Origin: Gekko japonicus
Lineage: Eukaryota
Length of the DNA stretch: 64,000 bases
Direction of reading: 5' to 3'
NCBI RefSeq assembly: GCF_001447785.1
Contig: NW_015165236.1
Span: 1,181,998-1,245,997 of the forward strand
Shown here: positions 11,641 to 23,866 of the stretch, piece after piece
How the letters are laid out: each line of letters opens with the position of its first letter
Position numbering within the stretch: position 1 is the first letter of the stretch
Translations under genes and position numbers: made by a program
The notes under the pieces: generated by a model
Databases searched by the model: none
Seen by the model: only the letters and a program-made list of their open reading frames with translations
Told to the model about the DNA's origin: nothing

Positions 11641-12422
11641 CAGAGAGGACACATTCATGTGGCATCCAAGCCCTGATTCCTCTGCAGTCTTGGCGGAAGC
11701 CAAGCTCAAACACCCTCGCTGTTCCAACGGGAGCGTTCAGCCGCTTTGCCCAAGCCAATCCCTTGAAGGGAGTGTCTCTTGAACTTGCCCTGGAGAGGAC
11801 ATATTCGAAACACACACGGCTCTGGAGAATTTCTTTCTGCCCGGAGCGGGAAGAAGGTGGGAGGGACACGGAGCGTGGCAGGTGGGAAAGGGAAGTGTGG
11901 TTCCAAAGAGATGTCGGTCTGCGGTAGAGGAGCTAGACTGGAGTCCCCATAGTGTCTTAGAGACCACCAAGGTTTGTGGGGTGTCGGCTTTCCGGAGTCA
12001 ACGCTCCCTTCGGCACTGGCCTCTACCACAGGGAGCTTCGACCCTTAAGACCCCGCAAACCTTGTTGGGCTCTAAGGTGCTATTGGGACTCCAATCTAGG
12101 AAAGGACATAACCAACGCTCCACCCTCTAAGCTGTGGAGTCTTGTGAGCAAAAATCCTTTGTGAGCTGCTGGCATTCAAGTTGTGAGCGAGCGACTGGGC
12201 TACTGCATGAATCCGTTTGCTCTGCAGCCCCATCCTCCCTGAGCTGAGACCAAAATGTGTGAGCCGGAGGCTAAAACACTGTGAGCTAGCTCACACCGAC
12301 TCAGCTTAGAGGTAACACTGTTACAATCAGAAAAGGCCCTTACTTTAACTTAAGCAAAAAGACCACTGAGAAAGAAGAGAAAAATCTCAGCTGTTCACAC
12401 CATCCATTACGTTTCTCTAAAG

Positions 12423-12847
12423 CAGGGGTGTCAAACTCATTTGTTATGAGGGCCGGATCTGACATAAACGAGACCTTGTCGGGCCGGGCCATGTGTGTCT
12501 TAAAATTTAAAGCCAGGCAGCGGAGATATAAACTTTATAAAGGACACAAACACAAAGGTGTTCTTTTTTACTTAAAATAAAAACATGCTTAAAACATTCG
12601 CTCTGTAAGCTGCAAACCTACTTTTGATTTATCAACATCCACCACAGAAATCTCGTGCTCAGAGTTCTGAGCCTGGGACCCAGGTTGAAACATGAAATGG
12701 CTGAGTGATTAAGAGAGTCTGGTGAAGCAAGCCATGATGCAGCAGCAGCAGAACTGGAAGCAGGAGATGAGCCAGTTCCACTGCGGGTCTGGCGGAAGCC
12801 CTCCGGGGGCCTCATCCGGCCCCCAGGCTGCATGTTTGACACTCCTG
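12423..12847. mobile_element. Non-autonomous hAT (Charlie-like) DNA transposon
   Basis: TIRs CAGGGGTGTCAAAC/GTTTGACACTCCTG; perfect 8-bp TSD CTCTAAAG. Confidence 0.85.
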
Positions 12848-13264
12848 CTCTAAAGGGTTGTTTTTTCTTTAAAAAAAAAAGCCAAAACAAATGAACACAG
12901 CTGCTCCTCTGGAATAAAAACCAGGCCTGAAGGAAAGAGCAAGATGGCAGCTGCGAGACCCACCTGATGAGTTTTTGAGCTGTGATTCAACATTAAAGAT
13001 GCATGAGAAGGAACCCGGCCCCTGATCCCTCTGGTCCAGGCCTGGTTGCTCCCACCTGGGGGTCTCCAGGGCTAGGGCCAGACTTCTTGTTCACTGGAGT
13101 TGCCCAAAACAGAACTTTCAGTGTGCAAAGAAGGTGCTGCTCAGCTGCTGAGCCCCGGGACGATAATAAGAGCAAGTCCCTGTTCAATGGCCTCCGGTCA
13201 GCAAATGGGGGACAGAGGAGTTATTACTACGCCATCTGGGATGAGTTTAATTTATAGATCAAAG

Positions 13265-14106
13265 TGAGCAGCCGTGTTGGTCTGAAGCAACAGAACAAAG
13301 TTAGAGTCCAGCGGCACCTTTAAGACCAGCAAAAGTTTATTCAAGGTGTGCGCTTCCGTGTGCCAGGCACAGTTCGTCAGACAATGAAATGGGACTGCGT
13401 ATCATAGCTGTGTATATACAGGAGTGGTTTGTTAAATCAGCGTGCAAAATAGTGAGGACACATTTTTCATAACAGATCAAAAGAATGATAACGCTTAGTT
13501 CCTGGTTATCATCTGTTTCGGTTCCACTGGGGGGGGAGGAAACAACTAATTGTTGTTGCCGTTGTTGCTCAGTCGCACAGTTGAGTCCGACTCTTCGCGG
13601 CCCCATGGACCACATCATCCCAGGCCCATCCATCTCCAGTTCTAACATATTTATTACCCACGTTTCCCCCCCCCCAGTGGAACCGAAACAGATGATAACC
13701 AGGAACTAAGCGTTATCATTCTTTTGATCTGTTAAGAAAAAAGTGTCCTCACTATTTTGCATGCTAACTTAACAAACCGCTCCTGTATATACACAACTAT
13801 GATATGTAATTCCATTCCATCGTCTGACGAACTGTGCCTGGCACACGACAGCTCACACCTTGAATATAACTTTGTGGGTCTCAAAGGCAGTGTTCCCTCT
13901 AAGCTGAGTTAGAGTGAGCTAGCTCACAGTTTTTAGCCTCTGGCTCACACATTTTTGTCCCAGCTCAGGAAGAAGGGCTCCAGAGCAAACTAATTTGTGC
14001 AGGAGCTCACAACTTTAATGCCAGTAGCTCACAAAGTAGAATTTTTGCTCACAAGACTCCACAGCTTAGAGGAAACATTGCAAGGGTGCCGCTGGACTCT
14101 TAACTT
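13265..14106. mobile_element. Penelope-derived fold-back insertion with nested BovB-tail fragment and hAT MITE
   Basis: Inverted arms ~13297-13543 and ~13662-14106; CTGACGA cores at ~13374-13380 (-) and 13824 (+); MITE at 13888-14080. Confidence 0.7.
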
Positions 14107-14798
14107 GGCTTAATTTATGTTCTACCGTCAATCATTTCAGTTATATGTCAACTGTATTTTAAATGTTCGTAAGGCTGTCAGTCGCCCTGAGCCTGCTTGC
14201 AGGGTGGGCGATTCATAAAGGCAATAAAATAATAAATAAATAAAAGCCCCGTTGAAGATAAACACACAGACTTTGGCAGCCGGAGATGGGAAAGGTGCCC
14301 ATCTCAACAAAACGTGCCTCTCTCTCTCTCAACACTCTTGACCTTTGAACAGAGCTGCGAGGGCGTGCAGAGAAACAACCCCCAGGGGCACGGGATGCTG
14401 GAGTTGACTGTGCGGGGCTGCTACGAGGCTGGACTCCAGAGTTTGCCCAGGGCTCTGGAACTGCCGACGTGCCACAGCCTTCAATTCACTCATGGCTGCT
14501 ATTTTCCCATCAATACTGGCTCCTGAAAGTCTGCACTCACCACTCAAGACCAGTAGAATCCCAGTGGCGCCTGTTGGTATTTTGCTGCCTGCCGACACCT
14601 TGCCTGGTGCCCACCGGGAGTTTTTGGAAAGGGGGTGGGGTGACTGGCCACTGGAAATCTGGTTTTTCAAAAGTTGCTTTGGCGGCAGCTGCCATCGCAG
14701 CGGAAGGATCTTCACTGTGGGACTGAAGGGAAGATGCGGCCGCCATTTTATGTCTGGCTCCGCCTCCTGCATCGGCCATTTTGTGCCTGCGCCCAATC

Positions 14799-15217
14799 CA
14801 GTGTTCCCTCTAAGCTGGGTTACTGTGAGCTGGCTCATAGCTTTTTAGCCTCCGGTTCACACATTTCTGTCTTGGCCCAGGAAGGATGGCTCCAGAGCAT
14901 TATTCCCTCTAACCTTTGGAGTCTTGTGAGCAAAAATTCTACTTTGTGAGCTATTGGCATTAAAGTTGTGAGCGTGTGATTTGGCTACTGCAAAAATCAG
15001 TTTGCTCTGGAGCCCTCCTTCCTGAGCTGAGACAAAAATGTGTGAGCTGGAGGCTAAAAAACTGTGAGCTAGCTCACACTAACTCAGTTTAGAGGGAACA
15101 CTGCTCCAGAGCAGACTAATTCATGCGGGAGCCAAGTCTCTCGCTCACAACGTCAATGCCAGGAGCTCACAAAGCTGAATTTTTGCCCACAAGACTCCAC
15201 AGCTTAGAGGGAGCATG
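14799..15217. mobile_element. ~207-bp hAT MITE with a second copy nested inside (14898-15103)
   Basis: TIR CAGTGTTCCCTCTAAGCTG; the inner copy is flanked by TSD CTCCAGAG. Confidence 0.85.
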
Positions 15218-15497
15218 CCCAGCATCCTGCGTCTGAATTCCAAAGGCGCCCACAGGCTTCAAGAGGCCGGGGGCCCTGGCTTTAGAGCAAAGAGAAGACT
15301 TGCCTCTGTGCAGAAAGAGGGCCTTTTCTCATGCCTGTGGGGGAACAGAACGGGTCCTTCCCCCTCGTTCCGAATCTGCACCAAGTTCCCTCCCCGTGCC
15401 TCCTACTCCCCCCTCACGACACCGACCGAGGAGCAGAAACGGAGACACCCCCGCCCCCGCCCCCCCGCCCACTGGAGAGGGCGCCCGTGGGACTTAC

Positions 15498-15700
15498 TTC
15501 AGTTCCCTCCTGGACCAGAGCCTCCAGAAGGAGAAGAGTTCCAGGACGGAGAGCAGCATGGCGTTGACGATGATGAAGCGGGACGTCCAGTAGTGCACCT
15601 CCAGCCAGTCCCAGGCGAACTCGGCGATCAGCTGGTAGGGCAGGAGGACGTACTTGACCAGGAATTCCCGCCACTGCTTCCACGCCGGCTCCTTCGGGTC
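15498..15700 (-). CDS. BFAR: BFAR coding exon 6
   Basis: cgtAG|DPKEPAWKQWREFLVKYVLLPYQLIAEFAWDWLEVHYWTSRFIIVNAMLLSVLELFSFWRLWSRREL(K)|GTaagt. Confidence 0.95.
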
Positions 15701-15954
15701 CTACGGAGACAGAAGCCGTCACAAAGAACGACGCCCAACCCGCACGGAGCGCACTTCCGGTTCTGATGCTGCCGCCGGAAGCTGGTTGTTGCTGCTGCTG
15801 CTGCTGCTGTGATTGGGGGGGGGGGCCCTCACCACTTGCCCTGGTGCCATGCAGAGGTTCAACAATCCCTCCAGCCTCTGCTTCCCGGCAACCAAGAAAC
15901 TCCCCCCTGTCGGCATGTGCATGAGGAACGCCTCTCTGGAGCACCCCTGAGAGC

Positions 15955-16270
15955 TGGGGAGAGTGTCATCAGAGTACTGAAGGGTATTCCATTTGAAATA
16001 AGACAGCGGAGAAAGAAATATAAAGATCTTGTTCTTTTTCTTCAAACAAATTCAATTGGATATAGATGGTTAATTCCAGAAGGCGTCACCTTTAATGCAG
16101 TTTGTAATGAGACTAATATGATTAAGACTAGATGTGTATTTAAGATGATTAAAAGATCTCCTCTCTTGGGTTTTTAGTCAGTAGTGGGTATCTTTTCTTT
16201 ATCCCCCTAAATGTAGTCCCCTTCCTTATTTCTGTTATAGTTTATAGTCTTAATAAAAAAGCAATTAAAA
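15955..16270 (+). mobile_element. L1-like LINE fragment (ORF1 C-terminus-like sequence plus A-rich end)
   Basis: GESVIRVLKGIPFEIRQRRKKYKDLVLFLQTNSIGYRWLIPEGVTF resembles vertebrate L1 ORF1p; AATAAA and an A-rich tail near 16250. Confidence 0.45.
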
Positions 16271-16320
16271 AATTGGGGGAAGATGGGGGGGGGGAGGAAT
16301 GCCTAAGCAAGACGGCACCC

Positions 16321-16593
16321 TGTTAGAGAGGTGATCTAAATGACATGATGCATCAGCCTGCAGGACGCACTTCCGTGAGTCAGCATCTCTGTGCTGATTG
16401 GATATCCATGTGTATATAAGTCTGTAATGTATATGCCACTATATACCAGTATGGTATCAGGTTGCTTGGCGAAGCACTTTGTCAGTGGAATCTGTGAATG
16501 CTTTGCCGGAAGGACTGTGTATATATTGTAAATAAACGTGTAAATAGCACTAACCTAAGCTGGTGTGTGCAAGATCTATTTGACTCTGCAACA
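16321..16593 (+). mobile_element. Possible solo LTR
   Basis: TGTT...AACA termini with internal TATATAA and AATAAA; no clear TSD. Confidence 0.4.
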
Positions 16594-16824
16594 TTCACTC
16601 GAGGAACAGGAGATAGATCACCAGCCATTATTGCCCACAATACCGTCAACCCCCACCACCGGCCCACTAAGGACCCGATCCGCCTCCATAACCAGTCTGA
16701 TGATCCAGGGTGCTCTAGAACAGGCAGGCCAAAGGCTGTCCTTCCGAGAGCAAACCAACCGGGCAGCTCCAGGGCGATTCTTCACTTTACAGCACATCAC
16801 AGACTCCGGGCTGCTCAACTCCCA

Positions 16825-17570
16825 AGAAAGGTTAAAGCGCTTGGGGCCCTTTAGTCTGGGGAAACGACAGCTGAGGGGTGACATGATCGAGGTCTATAAG
16901 ATTGTGCATGGGATAGAGCAGGTCGAGAAAGAATGACTTTTCTCCCTTTCTCACGATACAAGAACTCGTGGGCACTCCATGACATTGCTGAGCCGTCGGG
17001 TTAGAACAGATAAAAGGAAGTCCTTCTTCACCCAAAGAGCGATTAGCACATCGAATTCACTGCCACAGGAGGTGGTGGCAGCTACAGGCACGGGCAGCTT
17101 CAAGAGGGAATTAGATAAGCATATGGAGCAGAGGTCCATCAGTGGCTATTAGCCACAGGATATAGATAGGGACTCTCAGTCTGGGGCAAGGGATGCTCTT
17201 GTATTCTTGGTGCTTCGGGGGGGGGGGGAAGAGTGGGAGTGTTTCTGGTGTCCTGGCCCCACTGCTGGACGTCCTGAGGGCACCTGGTATTTTTGGCCAC
17301 TGTGTGACAGAGTGTTGCACTGGATGGGCCACTGGCCTGATCCAACGTTGGCTTCTCTTATGTTCTTATAGGAACTCTCAGGTTGGGGCAAGGGATGCTC
17401 TGTATTCGTGGTGCTTGGGGGGGTCAACAGTGGGAGGGGTTCTAGTGTCCTGGCCCCACTGCTGGACGTCCTGAGGGCACCTGGTGCTTTTGGCCAGTAT
17501 GTGACAGAATGTTGGACGGGATGGGCCGTTGGCCTGATCCAGCATTGGCTTCTCTTATGTTCTTATGTTT
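16825..17570 (+). mobile_element. CR1 LINE 3' fragment with duplicated 3' UTR
   Basis: RLKRLGPFSLGKRQLRGDMIEVYKI CR1 ORF2 C-terminus; the ~200-bp 3' unit ending TTATGTTCTTA occurs twice. Confidence 0.85.
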
Positions 17571-18500
17571 TTGACTTTTAAATTTCTAACTTTATAATTT
17601 ATGATGGTCTACTGTTTATTGTCACGTCCTCTGTAACCTGTAACCCACCCCACCCCAGCCCGCTTGTGGGGAGGGTGGATATACACTGAATAGAATGAAT
17701 AAATAATTCAATTACAACTTTAGCCTCTGAAAACCACAAAACAGCATACAAAAACAAAAAAAAACCCAGAAACCACGTCCAAGGTAGATTCAGGTGGGGT
17801 TGCTGTGCTGGTCTGAAGCAACAGAACAAGGTTTGGAGTCCAGTTGGGCACCTTTAAGACCAACGAAGTTTAATTCTGGGTATCAACTTTCGTCTGCATG
17901 CGCACCTCATCAGATACATCAGATGAAGTCTGCATGCGCACAAAAGCTTCTACCCAGAATTAAACTTTGTTGATCTTCAAGATGCCGCTGGACTCCAAAA
18001 TCCACACCCAAGTCAGTGTCTCTAAAAAAAAAAAAAAAGCAAAGGCACCACTGAAAGCTATTCCAGAAAGACGGGAAACCTTCATCCTCATCTCTGATGG
18101 AGACAACGGTTGGAAAGTGTTGGGCAAATCACTGGAGGTTTTCCTGTTCTGGTGGGACACGTCCTGGTCAATGCTCCCTCTAAGCTGCAGAGTCTTGTGA
18201 GCAAAAATCCTACCCTGTGAGCTACTGGCCTTAAAGTTGTGTGTGAGTGACTTGGCTACTGCTCTGGAGCCACCTCCTTCCCGAACTAAGACAAAAACGT
18301 GTGAGACGGAGGCTAAGAAACGGTGAGCCGGCTCACAGTAACCTAGCTTAGAGGGAACATGGGTCCTGGTGCTCTCCGCCCTTCCTTAGCCTTGTGCCGG
18401 CCGCTCAAGCACTCTGCGTGACGCCGTCCCTGCCAAGCGTCCCTCCTGCTTGCTTCCGTCTCAAGATGGCCAAGTCCTCCATCGGGTCCTGAACACTTAC

Positions 18501-18683
18501 CAGCAATTTGGCCGGAACGTCTTCGAGGCCCTCCTCCTCCAGCGGCTGCCGCTCCGGACAGATGGTGTGGATGAATGGGAGGAAGAGATCCGTGTAATCG
18601 AAGAGGTACAGGTAGAGCATCGTGAGCCGCGGGGAGCCCTTCAGGGCGTAGAGCAGGAACACAGACTTGCTGGGGTGGACCGC
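18501..18683 (-). CDS. BFAR: BFAR coding exon 5
   Basis: ttccAG|AVHPSKSVFLLYALKGSPRLTMLYLYLFDYTDLFLPFIHTICP...PAKLL|GTaagt. Confidence 0.95.
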
Positions 18684-20350
18684 CTGGAAGCCAACGAAAG
18701 AGGGGGGCAGAGTAAATAACACACGGCACGGGGAAGGGGAAGGAGGCCGCTGGCGAGAAGAATAGAGGCACGTGCAGAAAGCCAGGCTCTTCCTGGAGGG
18801 AACCAACAAAACCAATGCTTCTGGGGAAAGGGTTTCTGCGAAAGAAAGCTCTGCGTCCTCCGCCCCCATGACTTCTTGCAAGTTACGCAGGCTCCTTCAG
18901 AGGACGTGGACCCCCGTGTGACCCCTGTGAAGTGTGAGCCACGGGAATCCAGTCTGGTGAGAAACAAGCTCCGGCCTTCTTCCGTTTTGCCACTTCAGGC
19001 CAGAGGGAGCAAGTTTGGAGGGTATCGCTCGGAATGGCAGAAGGACAGGCCTGCCCCAGGGGCACCACCTGCCCTGAAACCGACACGCAGCTCCCGCCAA
19101 TTTCGGCAGGGCCAGGTGAGTCAGCGGGAGGCGGAGGGGTACTTTAGATTCCTCTTGGAAACGTCTTGGGCCCGCCCCGCTTCTTTGGGCATCGCTGCAA
19201 TCTGACTTCACCTTCAAACTCAAACACGGGGAGCGAGGAGGGAATGAGCCAATATTAAATTCAATGGCCAATATTGAGAAGAGATTGGAGTTCTACCCCA
19301 TGGCCCTTCACTACCCAAAGGAGTCTCAGAGCGGCTCACAAACTCCTTTCCCTTCCCCTCCCCACAACAGACATCCTGGGAGGGAGGTGTGGCCTAGAGA
19401 GCTCTGACAGAAACGGCTCTTTTTCAAGGACAGGTCTTATCAGAACTACGGCTTGCCCAAGGTCACCCAGCCAGGTGCAAGTGGAGGAGGAGTGGGGGAA
19501 TCAAATCCAGTTCTCCCAGATGAGAGTCCGCGCACTCAACCACGACACCAAACTAGCTCTCAGTTAAACTACATATTAAAACGTCCCGGCCGGCTGCACA
19601 CAGAGGCACTTGCAGAGAACGTTCAGTTAGTGACGGAAGGGAGTGGGGCGATTCTGGCCAACTCCTCCAGCCGACTGCTTTGAGCCTGGGGTCGACACGG
19701 CCGGCAAAGACAGGACCAGACAGAAGGGTTCGCCGGAAAGGATGCGGAGGCTCCTGTGGCAGCAGCTGGTGCTGTTTTTAAAAGCGACTTGGCAGGTGTG
19801 CGTGCGAGTTGTGTGTGTTTTGTGTGTGGTATGCCTTCCCTCCCGGGTTGTTCCCCCGACCTAGAATGGCCCTGGAGAGCTGCTCTTTGCACAGCAGGGG
19901 AAATGGACACGTACTGGTGCCACGTTTTTATCAACTTTCCCACAGGGACGAACAGGGATTCTTGGGGCTATCTCAGACTGGAAAAGTGGTGAGACGGGGG
20001 GAGTTTCACCCCACCCCACCCCACACTCCTGACCCAAACTGGTCTCCCATGACTTTCAAAAGAACACTGGGTGCTCCCCCAACATGGAGCTCACTGTGTT
20101 TTTCCTCCAGTGAGACCGTAAGGCGGTGGGGGTCAGGGCCCCCAGCCTCCTTGGACCTGCGGCCAAAGCAGAGGCAGCTTGAGGTGTAAAGCCCCCCCAC
20201 CCCCCAATGCTCCCCCTAAGCTGTGGAGTCCTGTGAGCAAAAATTCTACTTTGTGAGCGGCTGGCATTAAAGCTGTGACCGAGCGATTTGGCTCCTGCAT
20301 AAGTTAGTTTGCTCTGGAGCCCTCCTTCCCGAGCTGAGACAAAAGTGTGT

Positions 20351-20830
20351 GAACAACAACAACAATACAGTCCACAGTAAACAATGGCCAAAAAAACAGC
20401 AAATAACAACTGTGTACTGCACAAACCCGCACCAAAGTTAACAAAAAGAGACTTCAACACAAAGGTAATTCAACACATGTAATCCATCATAGGAAAATAC
20501 AAAAGTCCACAATATCCCAAATTTCTCAAAGGGAAACAATGAAGTCTGGAATAGATATCAACACTTTTCCCAGGTATTGTTCAGTGTTTCGGACTTCTGG
20601 TCCTTCCTCAGGAACAAAAAGCCACTACAGGAAGTCTCATTGCAATTTCTTAACAGGCAAACTTTATTCAGTTTCTATATGGGCCAGGTCTCCTAAGCTT
20701 TAGAAAGCACCTACCAAGGTTTGGGATATTGTGGACTTTTGTATTTTCATATGATGGATTACATGTGTTGAATTACCTTTGTGTTGAAGTCTCTTTTTGT
20801 TAACTTTGGTGCGGGTTTGTGCAGTACACA
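20351..20830 (-). mobile_element. Penelope-like fold-back insertion inside a hAT MITE
   Basis: ~110-bp inverted arms 20411-20521/20720-20830; TSD ACAAAAGTGTGTGA; hammerhead-like TTGTTC-CTGAGGA-aGGAC/GTCC-GAAA..GAACAA at 20577-20617 (-). Confidence 0.7.
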
Positions 20831-20944
20831 AAAGTGTGTGAGCCAGAGGCTAAAACACTGTGAGCTGGCTCACACTGACTCAGCTTAGAGGGAACACTGC
20901 CAGGGGGGGGCGGGGAAGGGGCCTCCCGCGTACGGCCGGCTCAC

Positions 20945-21089
20945 CTTGTACTCCCAAAGATTCTGGGGCGGCTTCACGCCCAGCGTCTTCACCCGGTCCA
21001 GCTCCGCCACGATGGCCTTTCGGTGGCTGCTATTCTCGATGTAGTATGGGGCCCGGGCAAAATCCTCGTCCGTCAGCGTCAAGAGGAGC
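20945..21089 (-). CDS. BFAR: BFAR coding exon 4 (SAM domain, C-terminal part)
   Basis: ttccAG|LLLTLTDEDFARAPYYIENSSHRKAIVAELDRVKTLGVKPPQNLWEYK|GTgagc. Confidence 0.95.
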
Positions 21090-21159
21090 CTGGAACATCA
21101 ACCGCTTCCGTTACAAAAGGAACGCCCCCCCCTCCTTTCCGGCTTTGCACGGCACTGAG

Positions 21160-21585
21160 CAATGCTCCTTCTCAGCCGTGGAGTCTCGTGAGCAAAAATT
21201 CCACGTTGTGAGCTACGACTGGCATTAAAGTTGCGAGTGAGCGATTGGGCTGCTGCAGAAATCAGTTTGCTCTGGAGCAATGTTCCCTCTAAGCTGTGGA
21301 GTCTCGTGAGCAAAAATTCTACTTTGTGAGCTACTACTGGCATTAAAGGGGTGAGTGAGTGATGTGGCTCCTGCATCAATCAGTTTCCTCTGGAGCCCTC
21401 CTTCCTGAGCTGAGGCAAAAATGTGTGAGCCGGAGGCTGAAAAACTGTGAGCTAGCTCACACTAACTCAGCTTGGAGGGAACACTGCTCTGGAGCCCTCC
21501 TTCCTGAGCTGAGACAAAAATGGGTGAGCCGGAGGCTGAAAAACTGTGAGCTAGCCGACACTAACTCAGCTCAGAGGAAACCCTG
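21160..21585. mobile_element. hAT MITE with a second copy nested inside (21278-21486)
   Basis: The inner copy is flanked by TSD CTCTGGAG. Confidence 0.85.
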
Positions 21586-22106
21586 GCACCGAGCAACCAG
21601 GGACGGGGAACTGTGTAGCAGGAAAACACCGCGCTTCCGGGGACAGCGAAAGCCCGCCACGCAAGCAAAAGGTGGTCGCCTAGCTCCAACCACGTTCTAA
21701 AAAAGGTTTGACACGTTCCCAGCAAGGCCGACAAGCAGGGGCCTCTTGCTAATGGGGAAACTATTCATGGAAACTTACTTCCGAGCAATGTTCCTTCTAA
21801 GCCGTGGAGGTCCCATGAGCCAAAATCCTACTTTGTGAGCTACTGGCATTAAAGTTGTGAGCAGGTGATTTGGCTACTGCACCAATCAGTTGGCTCTGGA
21901 GCCCTCCTTCCTGAGCTAAGACAAAAATGGGTGAGCCGGAGGCGAAAAAACTGTGAGCTAGCTCACACTAACTCGGCTTAGAGGGAACACTGCTTCCGAG
22001 ACAAACGCTTTTGCCCCAATGTCTGCACCACCTGGGGGGACACAAAACCTCCGGTAAGTAAGACCGCACAGTGTCTCTGCAGGGGTGCCGGCGGCACCGT
22101 CCTCAC

Positions 22107-22276
22107 CTGCCGTTGACTCTCTCCAGCAGAAACCTCTCCTTGTAGAGGGAAGCCCACGGCCCCAGCTGGCCCAGCCAGTGCAGCACCTCCTCGGGGCCCC
22201 ACCGGGCCACCGGCTTGTGGACAAGGAGGTCGTCCTCCAGTTCCCTGCTGCTCCAGTGATACCCGAGCAAGACCAC
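22107..22276 (-). CDS. BFAR: BFAR coding exon 3 (end of TM1, start of SAM domain)
   Basis: ctgcAG|VVLLGYHWSSRELEDDLLVHKPVARWGPEEVLHWLGQLGPWASLYKERFLLERVNG(R)|GTgagg. Confidence 0.95.
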
Positions 22277-23658
22277 CTGCAGGGCAAGCCAAGAGAGCCC
22301 CCGGAGAGGCGGAGAGGCCGTCATTCACCAGAAGAGTTTTCAGTCTGCCTTCCCACCCAGGCAGGGTCTCTACGGGGCGGCGGATGGAACAAAAACTTTA
22401 AGGCATTTAAGCGATTTAAAATACAGCTGAAATGATAAAGTAACTCCATTAGAAACACATAAACAAACAAGGCTAGCAGGAGAAGTTCCAAACCGTGTTT
22501 ACCCCATCGACCTGTTACAGTTGTAATTAACTTGTTATGCTCAAGTTACATAAGGTAAAGGTAAAGGTTCCCTTGCTCGAAAGCCAGTCAAATCCGACTC
22601 TAGGGTTGCGGTGCTTATCCAAGCTGAAGAGCCAGCGCTGTCCGAAGACATTTCCGTGGTCATATGGCCGGAATGACTAAACACCAAGGCGCACAGAACA
22701 TACTGTACCTTTTAATTTTATTGCTACATATTTTACTGTTTCTCAGTTTTATTTGTTATGCCTTGGTCGTACAGCTGCACTTTTACTATGGCATGTTGTG
22801 TTTATGTTTTGTTGTTTATAATAAAACTTTGAAAAAACCCCACATAAACAAACAACGCTAGCAGGAGGGCCAGTAATGGTTATTGGGGGGTACACCAGGT
22901 GAAGAGGGATAAGCGAAAGAAGAGGAGATTGGATTTATACCCCGCCCTTCACTACCCAAAGGAGTCTCAGAGCAGCTCACAAACTCCTTTCCCTCCCCCT
23001 CCCCACGACAGACACCCTGTGAAGTGGGTGGGGCTGAGAGAGCTCTTTCGAGGACTGCCCTGCAGAGAACAGCTCTGAGAGAACTTGCGACTGACCCAAA
23101 GTCACACCAGCAGCTGTATGAGGAGGAGTGGGGAATCAAACCCTGGACTCTGGAGAGAAGAGACTGGATTTATAGCCCACCTTCACTACCCGAAGGAGTC
23201 TCAGAGCAGCTCACAAACTCCTTCCCCTCCCCCTCCCCCCAACAGACACCCTGTGAAGTAGGTGGGGCTGAGAGAGCACCCTTGAGAACCGCTAGAAAAC
23301 AGCTCTGAGGGAACTTGCAACTGACCCAAAGTCACACCAGCAGCTGCCTGTGGAGAGTGGTGAATCAAACCCGGTTCTCCCAGATTAGAATCCGCTGCTC
23401 TTAACCACAACATCATGCTGGGTCTGCTGAAAGACACCCATAGAGGGAGACAAGCAAATCTCCCCGGGGCAGGAAGTCCAAAGTTCCAAACATACAGCAG
23501 GGATATGTGGAGACAGTGGCTACAAAGCAGAGAAGCTGAGCAGGGAGCAGAGAAGACAACGGAAGGAGAAGAGTAGGTTTTTGTACCCTGCTTTTCTCTA
23601 CCCTAAAAGAGTCTCAAAGCGGCTTTCAATCGCCTTCTCTTCCTCTCCCCACAACAGG

Positions 23659-23866
23659 ACAAAGTTTGAGTCCAGGGGCCCCTTTAAGACCAACAAAGTT
23701 TGATTTGAGGTATAAGCGTGTGTGTGCAGGCGCACTTCTTCTGAGGAAGTGTGCATGCAGGCGAAAATTTATACCTCGAATCAAACTTTGTGGGTCTTAA
23801 AGGGGCCCCTGGACTCAAACTTCGCTCTGCTGCTTCAGACCAAGACGGCTACCCCACCTGAATCTA
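23659..23866 (+). mobile_element. 208-bp hairpin (Penelope-derived) retroposon centred on a hammerhead-like core
   Basis: Palindrome ~23661-23823; CTGAGGA at 23741 and GAAA at 23763; 15-bp TSD TCTCCCCACAACAGG. Confidence 0.75.
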
